From positions 640,001-704,000 of the forward strand of contig CBDCXV010000011.1 in NCBI GenBank assembly GCA_965223905.1: a stretch of 64,000 nt of DNA, in the 5' to 3' direction. A program made the position numbers and the translations under genes. The notes below the pieces were generated by a model. The model had not been told where the DNA came from. It saw nothing but the letters and a program-made list of their open reading frames with translations, and made no database searches. Below are positions 9,782-20,511 of this stretch, piece after piece (position 1 is the first letter of the stretch; every line of letters starts with the position of its first letter). This stretch comes from Candidatus Latescibacterota bacterium. GTDB taxonomy: Bacteria; Latescibacterota; UBA2968; UBA8231.

Positions 9782-11284
9782 TCAGAGCGAGTACAGCTCG
9801 CCGTACTTGGTTTCCAGGTATGCGATCAGGGGAGCGGTCGACAGCGGCTCGCCTGCGACCTCTGCGACCAGCTCCTCAGCGGTGAGCCGGGACCCCCGGG
9901 AATGGATGTTGTCGCGCAGCCAGGCCAGCAGTCCGGCGAACTCCCCGCGGCGCACGTCCTGCATCAGGCCGGGCATCTCTCGGCGGGCGCAGGCGAAGAA
10001 CTGGGCCGCGTACAGGTTTCCCAGCGAGTAGGTCGGGAAATAGCCGATCGCTCCGGAAGACCAGTGGATGTCCTGGAGCACGCCGACGGCGTCGTTTTCC
10101 GGACGGATGCCGAGGAAATCCTCCATGCGGTCGTTCCAGCGCTCAGGCAACTCGGCAACGGCGAGCTCTCCGCCGACCAACTGCTGCTCCAGCTCGAAAC
10201 GGAGCAGGATGTGCAGGTTGTAGGTCACCTCGTCCGCCTCGACCCGGACAGGGGCGGCCTCGACGTGATTGACCGCGGCGTAGAACTGCTCGAGCTCCAC
10301 GTCCTCGAGCTGCCGGGGGAAGCGGCTCTTCAGCTTCGGCAGGTAATGCTCCCAGAACTCGCGGCTGCGCCCGATCATGTTCTCCCACAGGCGCGACTGC
10401 GACTCGTGGATGCCGAGAGAGACCGCCTGGCAGAGGGGAGTTCCCATCGCCTCCTGCGGCAGGCCCTGCTCGTACAGCCCGTGGCCGCATTCGTGGATGA
10501 TCCCGAACAGGGACTCGGCAAGGGCACCGGAGCTGTAGCGCGTCGTCAGGCGGACGTCGGTCGGGGCCAGAGCGGAACAGAAGGGGTGGACGGAGACGTC
10601 GAGGCGTCCCGCCTCCATGTCGAAACCGAGATCGGCCAGGACCTCGCGTCCGAACCCCTCCTGGGCCCCGACCGGGAACTCGCGGCCGAGCAGGTCCGGC
10701 CTTTGCCTCCCCTTGGCCAGGATCGCTTCGGCCAGGGGAATCAGCCGGTCGCGCAGTTCTTCCAGCAGGGGCGCGACCTCCTCGACCCGCGCCTGCGGCT
10801 CGTACTCGTCGAGGAAGGCGTTGTAGATCGAACCCTCGTACCCGACCAGGCCGGCGACCCTCCCCTGCAGCTCGAGAATCCGGGTCAGCCAGGGGGCGAA
10901 GGTGCCGAACTCGGACCTTTGCCGCGCCTCGACCCAGGCCTCGTGAGCGCGGGCCTGCGTCACGGACAGCTCGACGACGAGCTGCCGCGGGATCTTCAGA
11001 GCCCGGTCCTGCTCGCGCCCGACCAGGCGCAGGTTGGCTGCGGCGTCCGCTTCGAGAGAATCCCCCGACAGCTCTCCCACGAGGTCGACGAGGAGGCCCG
11101 CAGTCAGCTTCTCGTGATACAGCCCGGCGAGGAGGCCGATACTGCGCGCCCGCTCCCCGGCGCCCCGCCGCGGCATGCTGGTTTCCTGGTCCCAGCCCAG
11201 CAGCGCCCGGGCGTGGCCGAGATCGGTCAATTCTCGGGCGAGGCGTAGAAACTCCGTATACTTGGGGCTCACCTGCGGCACCAT
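9782..11284 (-). CDS. Carboxypeptidase Taq (M32)
   Basis: LLGWDQET, HPF, HECGHGLYEQ, HESQSRLWEN, QDIHWS, GYFPTYSLG; start 11284 or GTG 11272. Confidence 0.94.
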   Translation of the reverse strand: MVPQVSPKYTEFLRLARELTDLGHARALLGWDQETSMPRRGAGERARSIGLLAGLYHEKLTAGLLVDLVGELSGDSLEADAAANLRLVGREQDRALKIPRQLVVELSVTQARAHEAWVEARQRSEFGTFAPWLTRILELQGRVAGLVGYEGSIYNAFLDEYEPQARVEEVAPLLEELRDRLIPLAEAILAKGRQRPDLLGREFPVGAQEGFGREVLADLGFDMEAGRLDVSVHPFCSALAPTDVRLTTRYSSGALAESLFGIIHECGHGLYEQGLPQEAMGTPLCQAVSLGIHESQSRLWENMIGRSREFWEHYLPKLKSRFPRQLEDVELEQFYAAVNHVEAAPVRVEADEVTYNLHILLRFELEQQLVGGELAVAELPERWNDRMEDFLGIRPENDAVGVLQDIHWSSGAIGYFPTYSLGNLYAAQFFACARREMPGLMQDVRRGEFAGLLAWLRDNIHSRGSRLTAEELVAEVAGEPLSTAPLIAYLETKYGELYSL

Positions 11285-11306
11285 TCCAGAGAGAGGCTTC
11301 CGAGTC

Positions 11307-12539
11307 ATGAAAATCGCGCAAGCGGAAGAAATCGTTCTCAACATCCCATTCTATGCCGAACACGTAACCCGCGCCATGCAGAGGGCGCTGACCCACAACG
11401 AGCGGGTACACGTCTACCGGGTGGAGCTCGACGACGGCAGCGTCGGGTACGGAGACGGAGCCAGCGGCGGCGACCTCGAACGCCTGAACGGGGCAAACCC
11501 GCTGGCCGTCATTCAGGACGACGGCCTGGGACAGGGTCTGCAGATGGCGGTGATCGACGCCGTCGGCAGGGCCACCGGAACGCCTGCGCACGCCCTGATC
11601 GGAACCAGGGTCCGGGACCGCTGCCCGATCTCCTGGTGGGACATCGACATGTCTCCCGCCGACTGGGCCCTGGAGGCCAAGGAGTCGGTAGCCAGGGGGT
11701 ACACTTGCTTCAAGATGAAGGCGCGGCCCTGGTGGGACATCGTCGAGCAGGTCGAAACCGTGAGCGAGGTGGTGCCGGCGGATTACAAGTTCGACATCGA
11801 TTTCAACGGCTTCCTGCTAAATCCGGCGCGCGCCGAAGTGATGCTGCAACGGCTCGACGAGGTCCCCAACGTGGGCATGTACGAAAGCCCATTCTATCTA
11901 GGCACTGACCTCACCGGCGCCCGCATCCTGCGCGAGCGGGTGCGCAAACCGATCGTCGAGCACTTCCGCGAAGAGGTCCTGCACGCCCACTGCAGCGACG
12001 GCTTCGTCGTCGGCGGGGGCATCACCGGGTGCAGGACGCAGAACGCCCTGGCCGCGAGCTTCAACAAGCCGTTCTGGCTGCAGCTGGTCGGAACCGGACT
12101 TACCACCGCCTTCGCCGTGCAGCTGGGCTCGACCCTGTCCCACGCGCAGCTGCCCTACATAACCTGCAGCGAGCTGTGGGAGCACGACCTGCTGAGCGAA
12201 CGCCTCGAGATCGTCGACGGGTACGCGGCAGTCTCGGACGCCCCCGGGCTGGGGGTCGATGTCGACGAGTCCGCCATCGAGCGCTACCGCGTCGATCCCG
12301 GGGCGACGATTCCGACTCAACAGTACCGGGAGCGCAAGCGCATTCTGCGGATCAGCTGGCCAGGGGCCGGTGGCGGCAGGCGCACCCTGGATTTCACCGA
12401 CGAATCGCAATACCAGCAGGCCTTCTACAAGGGCAGCATCCCCGGGTTCGAGCGCGGCGTCGGCCTGGAGGTCATAGAAGACGACGGCAGCCCCGGCTTT
12501 GCCAGGAAGCACGAGAAACTGCTCGCCTCGGGGCGCTAG
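11307..12539 (+). CDS. Enolase superfamily (mandelate racemase/muconate cycloisomerase-like) protein
   Basis: FKMK, IDFNG, YESP, PGLGVDVDE motifs. Confidence 0.8.
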   Translation: MKIAQAEEIVLNIPFYAEHVTRAMQRALTHNERVHVYRVELDDGSVGYGDGASGGDLERLNGANPLAVIQDDGLGQGLQMAVIDAVGRATGTPAHALIGTRVRDRCPISWWDIDMSPADWALEAKESVARGYTCFKMKARPWWDIVEQVETVSEVVPADYKFDIDFNGFLLNPARAEVMLQRLDEVPNVGMYESPFYLGTDLTGARILRERVRKPIVEHFREEVLHAHCSDGFVVGGGITGCRTQNALAASFNKPFWLQLVGTGLTTAFAVQLGSTLSHAQLPYITCSELWEHDLLSERLEIVDGYAAVSDAPGLGVDVDESAIERYRVDPGATIPTQQYRERKRILRISWPGAGGGRRTLDFTDESQYQQAFYKGSIPGFERGVGLEVIEDDGSPGFARKHEKLLASGR

Positions 12540-12685
12540 TGCCTGCCCGGCAGTCGGAAAAGTCCCGATCGATACCCCCGGACAGGACTGGAAGGTCTGC
12601 GCATCTCGCAGGCAAAGGCAGCAAGCTGATACCGGCCTAGTCGAGAAATCCCGCGCGTCAGGCTGCGCAGGGTCCCTGCCGCGGG

Positions 12686-13681
12686 CTACAGATCTTCGTA
12701 GGCTGTCAGGCGGTAGCCGATGCCGACGTAATCGAGAAGCCGCGTCAGGCTGCGCAGGGCGACGCCGAAGCCGTCAACGCCGCTGTAACCCCCGAACTGC
12801 CCTCCGCCCCTGAGATGGGGCTCGAGGTCGAGGAAGACCCCCGGGACCCCGAGGCGCCTGAGCTTTCTGTCGAGAGCGGGGATGCGGTTCCTGAAATCGA
12901 GCAGAATCGCCTCGTGCCCCGAGTCCCCGCGGTCCGCGGGGACGAAGTTTTCCAGCCGCTCCTCGTCGACGAATCCCTTCCACTCCAGGGCGGGATCGAT
13001 CCTGTAGTCCTTCACGTGCAGCCAGCCGATGCCGTTTCGCATCGCCCGGTACTGTTCGAAGGTCTCGACCGCGGTCAGGTTCTGACTCGACAGGTTGCCG
13101 CCGTCGAAGATCAGCAACAGGTGGGGGTTCTTCACCTTGCGGTGAAGGGCGCGCAGCAGGTGTCCGGACTGCCCGACGAGATTCGCTTCCACCTCCAGTC
13201 CGAAGAAGACGCCGCGGCGCTGGCAGAGCGAGGCGATCTCCCCCAGCCTGTCGGCCGCGGCGTCGACGTGCCCGGCAGGGTCGTCGCCGCGGGGATGGTA
13301 GAAGGAGAATCCCCTGATCAGCCTGGTCTCGAACTCTTCGGCGAGATCGATGGCGCGGGCGACCTCCTCTTTCAGGTAGCGGCGGAACGGCACGTACTGG
13401 TTGCTCGAGCCGTCCTCGCGATCGAGGAGCTTCACCTTGCCGATGGGGGAGCCGATGGAGGAGACGCGAACCCCGTAGCGGGCGTGCAGCTTCCGCAGGC
13501 TGCCGATCTCCGCGCGCGACAGCTGCATGACGTTCTTGACCCCCTGTCCGGCATCGATCCAGCGCAAGCTGTAGTAGCTCATTCCGAGGGCGGCCAGCAT
13601 GGTCAGCTGCGCCTCGGCCTTCTTGTCTTCGGGACCTTCGTCGGCGAAGCCGCTGAGGATGACTTCCGGACGCTCGGGCAT
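12686..13681 (-). CDS. Sugar phosphate isomerase/epimerase (xylose-isomerase-like TIM barrel)
   Basis: LSGFADE, SIGSPIGK, IRGFSFY, FDGGN, LHVKD, LEPHL. Confidence 0.85.
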   Translation of the reverse strand: MPERPEVILSGFADEGPEDKKAEAQLTMLAALGMSYYSLRWIDAGQGVKNVMQLSRAEIGSLRKLHARYGVRVSSIGSPIGKVKLLDREDGSSNQYVPFRRYLKEEVARAIDLAEEFETRLIRGFSFYHPRGDDPAGHVDAAADRLGEIASLCQRRGVFFGLEVEANLVGQSGHLLRALHRKVKNPHLLLIFDGGNLSSQNLTAVETFEQYRAMRNGIGWLHVKDYRIDPALEWKGFVDEERLENFVPADRGDSGHEAILLDFRNRIPALDRKLRRLGVPGVFLDLEPHLRGGGQFGGYSGVDGFGVALRSLTRLLDYVGIGYRLTAYEDL

Positions 13682-13914
13682 GGGTACACTTTCCCTGGCA
13701 AGGGTGAAGCCGACTGCCGCGTTCGCTAGCCCGAAGGCAGGCAACCCCTGGCGAGCGCGAACGCGCCCTCGGCACGGGCTGCCCCGGCAGTGGGGGTGGG
13801 CGGAATATAACCCGCAATCGGCAGCGGCACTGTCCGCGGCCCAAAAATGGACACAAACCGCATGCCGCCCCTTTCTTGCCGCAAACACCCCGGACCGCCC
13901 TCGTGAAAGCTGCG

Positions 13915-16101
13915 ATGAAACCTCTTGCCACCATTCACGTACTCCCCGATCTGCCGGCGCCGCTGGCCCCCCTGTGGGACCTCAGCTACAACCTCTGGTG
14001 GAGCTGGAGCACGGAGGTTCTCGAGCTGTTCTTCGACATCGACCCCGAGGTTTGGTTCGAGTCGGGACGAAACCCCCTGCGCTTCCTAGCCTCTTTGAGC
14101 CAGGACCGCCTGGCCGCGGCCGATGCAAACGGCGAGCTCGCCGCCCGCATCGCCAGGCTGACCTCCGCGTTCGAGGAGTACGTGTCGAGAAAGACCTGGT
14201 TCGACGAGAGGTACGGTGAGAACGGTTTGCAGATCGCCTATTTCTCGCTGGAATTCGGAATCGCCAGATCCCTGCCGATCTATTCGGGGGGCCTCGGGGT
14301 GCTCGCCGGGGACCACCTGAAGTCGGCGAGCAACCTCGGCCTCCCCCTGGCCGGGGTCGGTCTCCTGTATCGCCAGGGGTACTTCCGGCAGACGCTCAAC
14401 CCGGACGGCTGGCAGCTCGAGACCTATCCCGAGAACGACTTCGACCGCCTTCCGGTCCAACCGGTCACCGACTCCTCGGGGGCCGCCCTGACCGTCGAGG
14501 TCCCCTACCCTCACGGCGCCGTAGCCGCCCGGATATGGCGCGCCGACGTCGACCGGGAGGGTCTCGGCCCTCACCCGGGAGCAGCTCCTCGGGCTCGGAC
14601 ACGCCGACCCCGGCGACCACGACAGCGATTTCTGCATGACCGTGCTCGCCCTGAGGCTGTCCGCCCAGGCCAACGGCGTCAGCCGGCTGCACGGGGAGGT
14701 GGCGCGGTCGATGTGGGGTCACCTGTGGCCCGACCTCGCCCCTTCCGAGGTACCGATCGCGGCGATTGCCAACGGGGTGCACAGCCAGACCTGGGCGTCC
14801 CCGCAGATGGCTGGGCTGCTCGACCGCGAGGCAGGGTCTCTGCCTGGCGCTTCTCCCCCGACTGCGGAAAGGACATGGAGGCGGTTCGCCGGATCCCCGA
14901 CGGAGAGCTGTGGCAGATCCGCCAGGTCCGCCGCCAGCGCCTGCTCGACTTCACGCGGCGTCACCTGCGGAGTCAGTTCCGGCGCCAGGGCGTCCCCCCG
15001 GCCAAGGCGGAGCGATCCCTGCAAAGGCTGGACGACAGCGTCTTCACCCTCGGTTTCGCCCGCCGCTTCGCCACCTACAAGCGCGGCACCCTGCTGCTGA
15101 GAAACCCCGACCGCCTCGCGGCCCTGATGGAGAGCGACCGGCAGCCGCTGCAGGTACTGTTCGCCGGCAAGGCCCATCCCCACGACCACGCCGGCAAGGA
15201 GCTGATCCGCGACATCGTGGCGCTGTCGCGCCAGGAGCCGTTCGCCGGGCGCCTGTTCTTCCTCGAGGACTACGACATCAACATCGCCCGCTTCATGTTC
15301 CAGGGTTGCGACGTCTGGCTCAACAACCCGAGACGCCCCCAGGAAGCGAGCGGCACCAGCGGCATGAAGGCGGCGATCAACGGCACCCTGAACATCAGCG
15401 TCCTCGACGGCTGGTGGGAGGAGGCCTGCGAGCTGCATCCCGGATGGGTTATCGGCCGCGGCGAGGTGTACGAAGACGCCGACTACAAGGACGAAGTCGA
15501 GTCGAATGCCCTCTACGACCTGCTAGAAACCGAGGTGATCCCCCTGTTCTACTCCCGCTCGCAGGACGGGATGCCCCATGGCTGGATCGAGCGCATCAAG
15601 GAGTCGCTGGCGACGCTCGTTCCGCAGTACAACACCAACCGCATGGTGCGCGAGTACCTCGAGGATCTCTAGACGCCCAACCACAGACGCTGGGAACAGC
15701 TCAACGGCGAGCGCGAGCGGATCGCCAGGTTGAGCGAGTGGAAGGCCGGTATCCGCTCCGCCTGGTCGGAGGTGCGGATCGAGGAGGTCGAAGCCGACTC
15801 GCCGCAGCGGCCGAAAGTCGGCGCCCGCATACCTGTCTCGGCGAGCGTCCGCCTCGGATCCCTGGCACCGCATGACGTTCGCGTCGAGCTGTTTGCCGGC
15901 CGCGTCAACGCCCGGCAGGAGATCGTGCAGGGAGAATCCACGGCGCTGCAGTACTCGAACTCCGATGGAGACGACAGGCACACCTTCACCGGAAGCTACC
16001 GCTGCTCGACCCCGGGATCCCACGGCTACACCCTGCGGGTCCTGCCCGACCACCCCGGTCTGCAAAACCCCCTGGAGATGGGGCTGGTGCGCTGGGCATA
16101 G
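13915..16101 (+). pseudogene. glgP: Alpha-glucan phosphorylase, disrupted
   Basis: NLWWSW, YSGGLGVLAGDHLKSAS, ANGVSRLHG, FARRFATYKR, EASGTSGMKA all present; internal deletion/frame change at ~14551, frameshift ~14850, in-frame TAG 15670-15672. Confidence 0.88.
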
Positions 16102-16119
16102 GGACAACCTCATCCTGCG

Positions 16120-16494
16120 ATGCCGAACAGGGTGGTGACGGACGCTTCAGGCTACATAGTCCGGCCTGCCGGAGAGGGGGACGCCGGCTCGGTGGTAGGT
16201 TTGTCAGAACTATGGGCGGAAGAAGGCTGTACGACCGGCTATGCCCCGTTGTCTGAAGGGGACGGGCATTTCCGGTCCTGGCTGGAGGGCGGCTATTTTT
16301 TCGACCCGGCGACCTACAGGAGGTTGCTTGCCGAGTGCCGGCTTCCGGATCGAGCGGAAAGGTGTCCTGGGAGGCGGAGGGATTCCGCGAACCCCGCGCA
16401 GGAGGTCTACCCAATTTTCTTTGCTGTCAGAAACGAGCCTTCCAGAAGAGCAGCGCTCGGCGGCGGGATCCACGCGGAATTGCGCGCGCAGTAA
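16120..16494 (+). pseudogene. Possible GNAT acetyltransferase N-terminal remnant
   Basis: YIVRPAGEGDAGSVVGL resembles a GNAT start, but no acetyl-CoA motif A follows. Confidence 0.25.
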
Positions 16495-17880
16495 TCAGAA
16501 CTCAGGCTCCTGCTCTCTGCGGTACCCAGGAGCGAGGTTCTCGAAGGAGGCGCAGGCGGCGTTCCACATCAGCTCCACCGAGTCGGTGGGCCCGTTGCGC
16601 TGCTTGCCAATGATGATCTCTGCAGTCCCCTCCTGGCTGCCCGCCTCGTCCGATTTGACGTACAGGTCGGGGCGGTAGATGAACATCACGACGTCGGCGT
16701 CCTGCTCGAGCGAGCCGCTCTCCCTCAGGTCGGACAGCTGCGGCCGCCCCCCCGTGCGCGCCTCGGGTGCCCGCGACAGTTGCGACAGGGCGAGCACCGG
16801 TATGTCGAGCTCCTTGGCGAGCCCCTTCAACCCGCGCGAGATCTGCGCCACCTCCTGCTCGCGGCTGTTGACGTTCACGTGGGTTCCCATCAGCTGCAGG
16901 TAGTCTATGACGATCAGGTCGACGCCGTGCTCGCGCTTCAGGCGCCGGGCCTTGGCCCGCGTCTCGAGGATGGTGATGCCCGGGGTATCGTCGACGTAGA
17001 TCGGGGCCTGGGCCAACTTGCCTACCTGCCTCGTCAGGCGGAGCCAGTCGTCGTCGCGCAGGCGGCCGGTTCTCAGCTTGTGCAGATCGACCCGGGTCTC
17101 GAGGCAGAGCAGCCGCTGCGCGACCTGCTGCTTGGACATCTCGAGGCTGAAGATCGCCACCCCGGCCCCGGTCTCGACCGCGGCGTTGCGGGCCATGCCC
17201 AGGGCCAGGGCCGTCTTGCCGACGCTCGGACGCGCCGCGAGGATGACGAGATCCCCCGCCTGCAGGCCGGATGTCAGGTCGTTGAGATCGGAAAAGCCGG
17301 TGTCGACGCCGGAGACCGCGGAGTCGCGGTTGTGGGCCCGCTCAATCTGCTCGTACGTGTCCTCCAGGACCGCCTTGATGCTCTCGAAGCCGCTCGTAAG
17401 CCGCCTTTCCGAGAGGGAGAAGATCCGCTGCTCTGCCCAGTCGAGGAGCTCGTACACCTCGGTCCGGCCCTCGAAGGCCCGGTCGGAAACCAGCGCCGCG
17501 GTTTCGATCAGGGAGCGGCTCAGTCCCCTGTCGAGGACGATGTTTGCGTGGTGAACGATGTTGGCCGCGGTGGCGACCTCGGCCGCCAGGGTCGACAGGT
17601 AGACCAGGCCTCCCACCTCCTCGAGCTCGCCCCGTTTCTTGAGCTCCTCGCTGACGGTGAGCTGGTCGATCCCCTCGCTGCGATCGAAGAGGGAGATCAT
17701 GGCGGAGAAGATCCTGGCGTGGGGATTGTGGTAGAAGCAGCCCTCGTCGAGAATCTCGATGGCGCGCCCGACCGCCCGCTGATCGATCAGCATGGCGCCG
17801 ATGACCGCCTGCTCGACGTCGACGGCCTGCGGCGGCAGGCGGTCGAGGCCGCGGCCGTTCTCCGGCCTCCCCTGGTTCAC
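16495..17880 (-). CDS. dnaB: Replicative DNA helicase
   Basis: LPPQAVDVEQ, AARPSVGKT, FSLEMS, IDYLQL, SDLRESGSLEQDAD, KQRNGP; GTG start after GGAG. Confidence 0.97.
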   Translation of the reverse strand: MNQGRPENGRGLDRLPPQAVDVEQAVIGAMLIDQRAVGRAIEILDEGCFYHNPHARIFSAMISLFDRSEGIDQLTVSEELKKRGELEEVGGLVYLSTLAAEVATAANIVHHANIVLDRGLSRSLIETAALVSDRAFEGRTEVYELLDWAEQRIFSLSERRLTSGFESIKAVLEDTYEQIERAHNRDSAVSGVDTGFSDLNDLTSGLQAGDLVILAARPSVGKTALALGMARNAAVETGAGVAIFSLEMSKQQVAQRLLCLETRVDLHKLRTGRLRDDDWLRLTRQVGKLAQAPIYVDDTPGITILETRAKARRLKREHGVDLIVIDYLQLMGTHVNVNSREQEVAQISRGLKGLAKELDIPVLALSQLSRAPEARTGGRPQLSDLRESGSLEQDADVVMFIYRPDLYVKSDEAGSQEGTAEIIIGKQRNGPTDSVELMWNAACASFENLAPGYRREQEPEF

Positions 17881-17905
17881 GGCGATTCTCCCCTTTCCGG
17901 AACGG

Positions 17906-18637
17906 TCACAGCTCCACTCCGTCGTACTGGCGCCGGAGCCACTTGATGTCCTCCCACGTCTGCCGTTTGAAACCGGCATTGCGCAGCAGGGCGGCAGGGT
18001 GATAGGTGACGATCACGGGAATCCCCTCGTACTGGTGCAGGGTGCGGCGCAGCTCCCCAAGCGGCGATGTCGTCTTGAGCAGCGCCTGCGAGGCGACGCG
18101 CCCGAGGGCGCAGATGATGCGCGGCTGCACGATCTCTATCTGCCGCTTGAGGTAGGGCTCGCACTGGTCGACCTCCTCGGGCAGGGGATCGCGGTTGTTC
18201 GGAGGCCGGCACTTCAGCACGTTGCAGATGTAGACGTCCTCTCGCCGCAGCCGCATCGCCTCGATGATCCGGGTCAGCAGTCCGCCCGCCTCCCCGACGA
18301 ACGGCAGCCCCTGCCGGTCCTCCTCGGCCCCCGGGGCCTCCCCGACGAACATGATGCCGGCCTCGGGATTCCCCGAGCCGAACACGAAATTCTGCCGCGA
18401 ATGCCCCAGCGGACAGGCGGTGCAGTTGCAGATCTCCGAGTGGAAGGCGTCGAGCACGGCGGCGGCGCCTGCCTGCCCGACTTCCCCTCCCGTCGCTTCC
18501 GGGAGGGGTTCTGCATCTCCCAGGCCGGCGGGGAGAACGAAGTCCGGCCCCTCGAATGCCACGAGGTCGTCGAGGAACCGCGCCGCAAGGCCGAGGGAAT
18601 CGCCGCCGCTGCCAGGGCGCTCTTCTGTCGCTGCCAT
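17906..18637 (-). CDS. Uracil-DNA glycosylase family 4
   Basis: [33 protein letters not shown]. Confidence 0.93.
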   Translation of the reverse strand: MAATEERPGSGGDSLGLAARFLDDLVAFEGPDFVLPAGLGDAEPLPEATGGEVGQAGAAAVLDAFHSEICNCTACPLGHSRQNFVFGSGNPEAGIMFVGEAPGAEEDRQGLPFVGEAGGLLTRIIEAMRLRREDVYICNVLKCRPPNNRDPLPEEVDQCEPYLKRQIEIVQPRIICALGRVASQALLKTTSPLGELRRTLHQYEGIPVIVTYHPAALLRNAGFKRQTWEDIKWLRRQYDGVEL

Positions 18638-18699
18638 CGAGATGAAGTTCGGTGTGGGGGTGGTTTCAGGACGGAAAATGAGGGGGGTGCAGCACCCTG

Positions 18700-19938
18700 T
18701 CAACCGGATTTCCGGCGGCGCGCAAGCAGCTCGCGAGCGCGGTCGAGCAGCCGGTCGGCCACCTCCATTTTGCTCATCTTCGGAAGCGCCTCTTCCCTGC
18801 CGTCGGCATCGATCAGGGTTACGACATTGGTGTCGACGGCGAACCCGGCCCCCTCCTCCCGGAGGTTGTTGAGGGCGATGAGGTCGCTCTTCTTGCGGGC
18901 GAGCTTGGCGCGCGCCCGGGCGCTGCCATCCTCTGTCTCCATGGCGAAGGAGACGACCACGCGATTCCCCTTGCTCGCCCCCAGCTCCGCGGCGATGTCC
19001 GGGTTCGGGACCAGCTCCAGGGCGATCCGGCCGGGCGCCCGCTTGATCTTGTCTTCGGAATACCCCGCGGCGCGATAGTCGGCTACGGCCGCGGCCATGA
19101 CGGCGATGTCGGCCTCCCGGAACCACTCCCGGGCCACGTCCAGCATCTCCACGGCGCTGCGCACCTGGGCCACCTGCGCCTTCCCCGGAGGCTGGAGGTC
19201 CGTCGGTCCGCTGATAAGCTTCACCGCGGCGCCCCGGCGGACAGCCCTGGCGGCAACGGCGTAGCCCATCTTTCCGGTCGAGCGGTTGCTGATGAAGCGG
19301 ACCGGATCGAGATCCTCACAGGTAGGTCCCGCGGTGACCAGCACGGTGAGCCCTGCAAGGTCCCCTGACTCGCCCGGCGCCCGTCTCCGGTGCGTCTCCA
19401 GGAAATCCTCCACCTGACCGACTACCGCCTCCGGGCTCGCCATGCGCCCCTTGCCGTGCGCCCCGGAAGCCAGCTCCCCTTCCTCCGGATCGATCCAGCC
19501 GACTCCTTGCTGCCGCAGGAGGCGGGCGTTGCGCTGCACGTGGGGGTTTTCGAGCATCCCCTCTTCCATCGCCGGGGCGAGCAGGACAGGCGCCGCAGCC
19601 GTCAGCAGCACGGAAGAGAGCAGGTCGTCGCCGATGCCGTTGGCCATCTTCCCGATGGTGTTGGCCGTCGCCGGGGCGATCAGCAGCAGCTCCGCCCACT
19701 CACCGAGGCCGACGTGGAGGACGGGGAACTCGTCGCTGCGTTCGAACAGATCGATGTGAACGGCGTGGCGGGTCACGACCTCGAGGGTGGTCGCGGTGAC
19801 GAAACGGGCCGCGGCCGCGGTCATGGCGGCGCGAACCTCGGCCCCGGAGGTGACCAGCAGTCTGGCGATCAGGGGTGTCTTGTAAGCGGCAATGCCGCCG
19901 CTTACCCCGAGAAGGATCCTGCGTCCCTCGAGTCCCAT
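18700..19938 (-). CDS. coaBC: Bifunctional phosphopantothenoylcysteine decarboxylase/ligase
   Basis: [42 protein letters not shown]. Confidence 0.96.
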   Translation of the reverse strand: MGLEGRRILLGVSGGIAAYKTPLIARLLVTSGAEVRAAMTAAAARFVTATTLEVVTRHAVHIDLFERSDEFPVLHVGLGEWAELLLIAPATANTIGKMANGIGDDLLSSVLLTAAAPVLLAPAMEEGMLENPHVQRNARLLRQQGVGWIDPEEGELASGAHGKGRMASPEAVVGQVEDFLETHRRRAPGESGDLAGLTVLVTAGPTCEDLDPVRFISNRSTGKMGYAVAARAVRRGAAVKLISGPTDLQPPGKAQVAQVRSAVEMLDVAREWFREADIAVMAAAVADYRAAGYSEDKIKRAPGRIALELVPNPDIAAELGASKGNRVVVSFAMETEDGSARARAKLARKKSDLIALNNLREEGAGFAVDTNVVTLIDADGREEALPKMSKMEVADRLLDRARELLARRRKSG

Positions 19939-19942
19939 CGTT

Positions 19943-20500
19943 TCACCCGCTGCCGGGGAGGCGCTGGGCGATGCGGTCGGCCACCTGCCGCGCCGCATCC
20001 TTTCCCGAATCGATAACGAGGTCGTAGATCGACAGATCGCGGATATCGATGCCGTGGTGATCGCGATAGCGGGTCCGCTCCGACTGCTCCCTGTGCACCA
20101 TCTCCTGCAGCGCCTCCTCGACGGACTGGCCGTCGCGGTTGCCGACGCGGTCGGCCCGCACCGCCATGTCGGCGAATATCCACACCTTCAGCGCCGGAAG
20201 CTGCGCCCGCACGACCATCCAGCCGGTGAGGCGGCCTTCGAGTATCATCCCCCCGCAGCGGGTGCGGACCGCCTCGGTCATGCGGGCGTCGAGGCCGCGG
20301 TCGAGTTCGGGATCGCACTCGGCGCGGCGGCAGAAGACGGCCATGGATTCCCCGGCTTCCGCGGCCATCTCCCGGAACGTCCTGCCGGCGTCGAGGTGCC
20401 GCCATCCGGTGCGCCTTCCCAGGAGCTCGCACACGGTGCTGGTGCCGGAGCCGGGAAACCCCCCTATGGTCACGACGTCAATCGCCTTGGTACAGGCCAT
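19943..20500 (-). CDS. cmk: Cytidylate kinase, archaeal/short type
   Basis: TIGGFPGSGTSTV P-loop, FREMAAE, LEGRLTGW, DLSIYDLVIDS. Confidence 0.75.
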   Translation of the reverse strand: MACTKAIDVVTIGGFPGSGTSTVCELLGRRTGWRHLDAGRTFREMAAEAGESMAVFCRRAECDPELDRGLDARMTEAVRTRCGGMILEGRLTGWMVVRAQLPALKVWIFADMAVRADRVGNRDGQSVEEALQEMVHREQSERTRYRDHHGIDIRDLSIYDLVIDSGKDAARQVADRIAQRLPGSG

Positions 20501-20511
20501 GGTCGCCGCGG

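Noticed and set aside
11272-11307. Very short spacer between divergent genes (similar at 29596-29633)
   Set aside because: Start codons are uncertain, so leaderless or overlapping promoters cannot be supported
12641-12760. 19-bp direct repeat CGCGTCAGGCTGCGCAGGG near a gene 3' end
   Set aside because: Too short and close-spaced, nothing mobile between the copies; likely a local duplication
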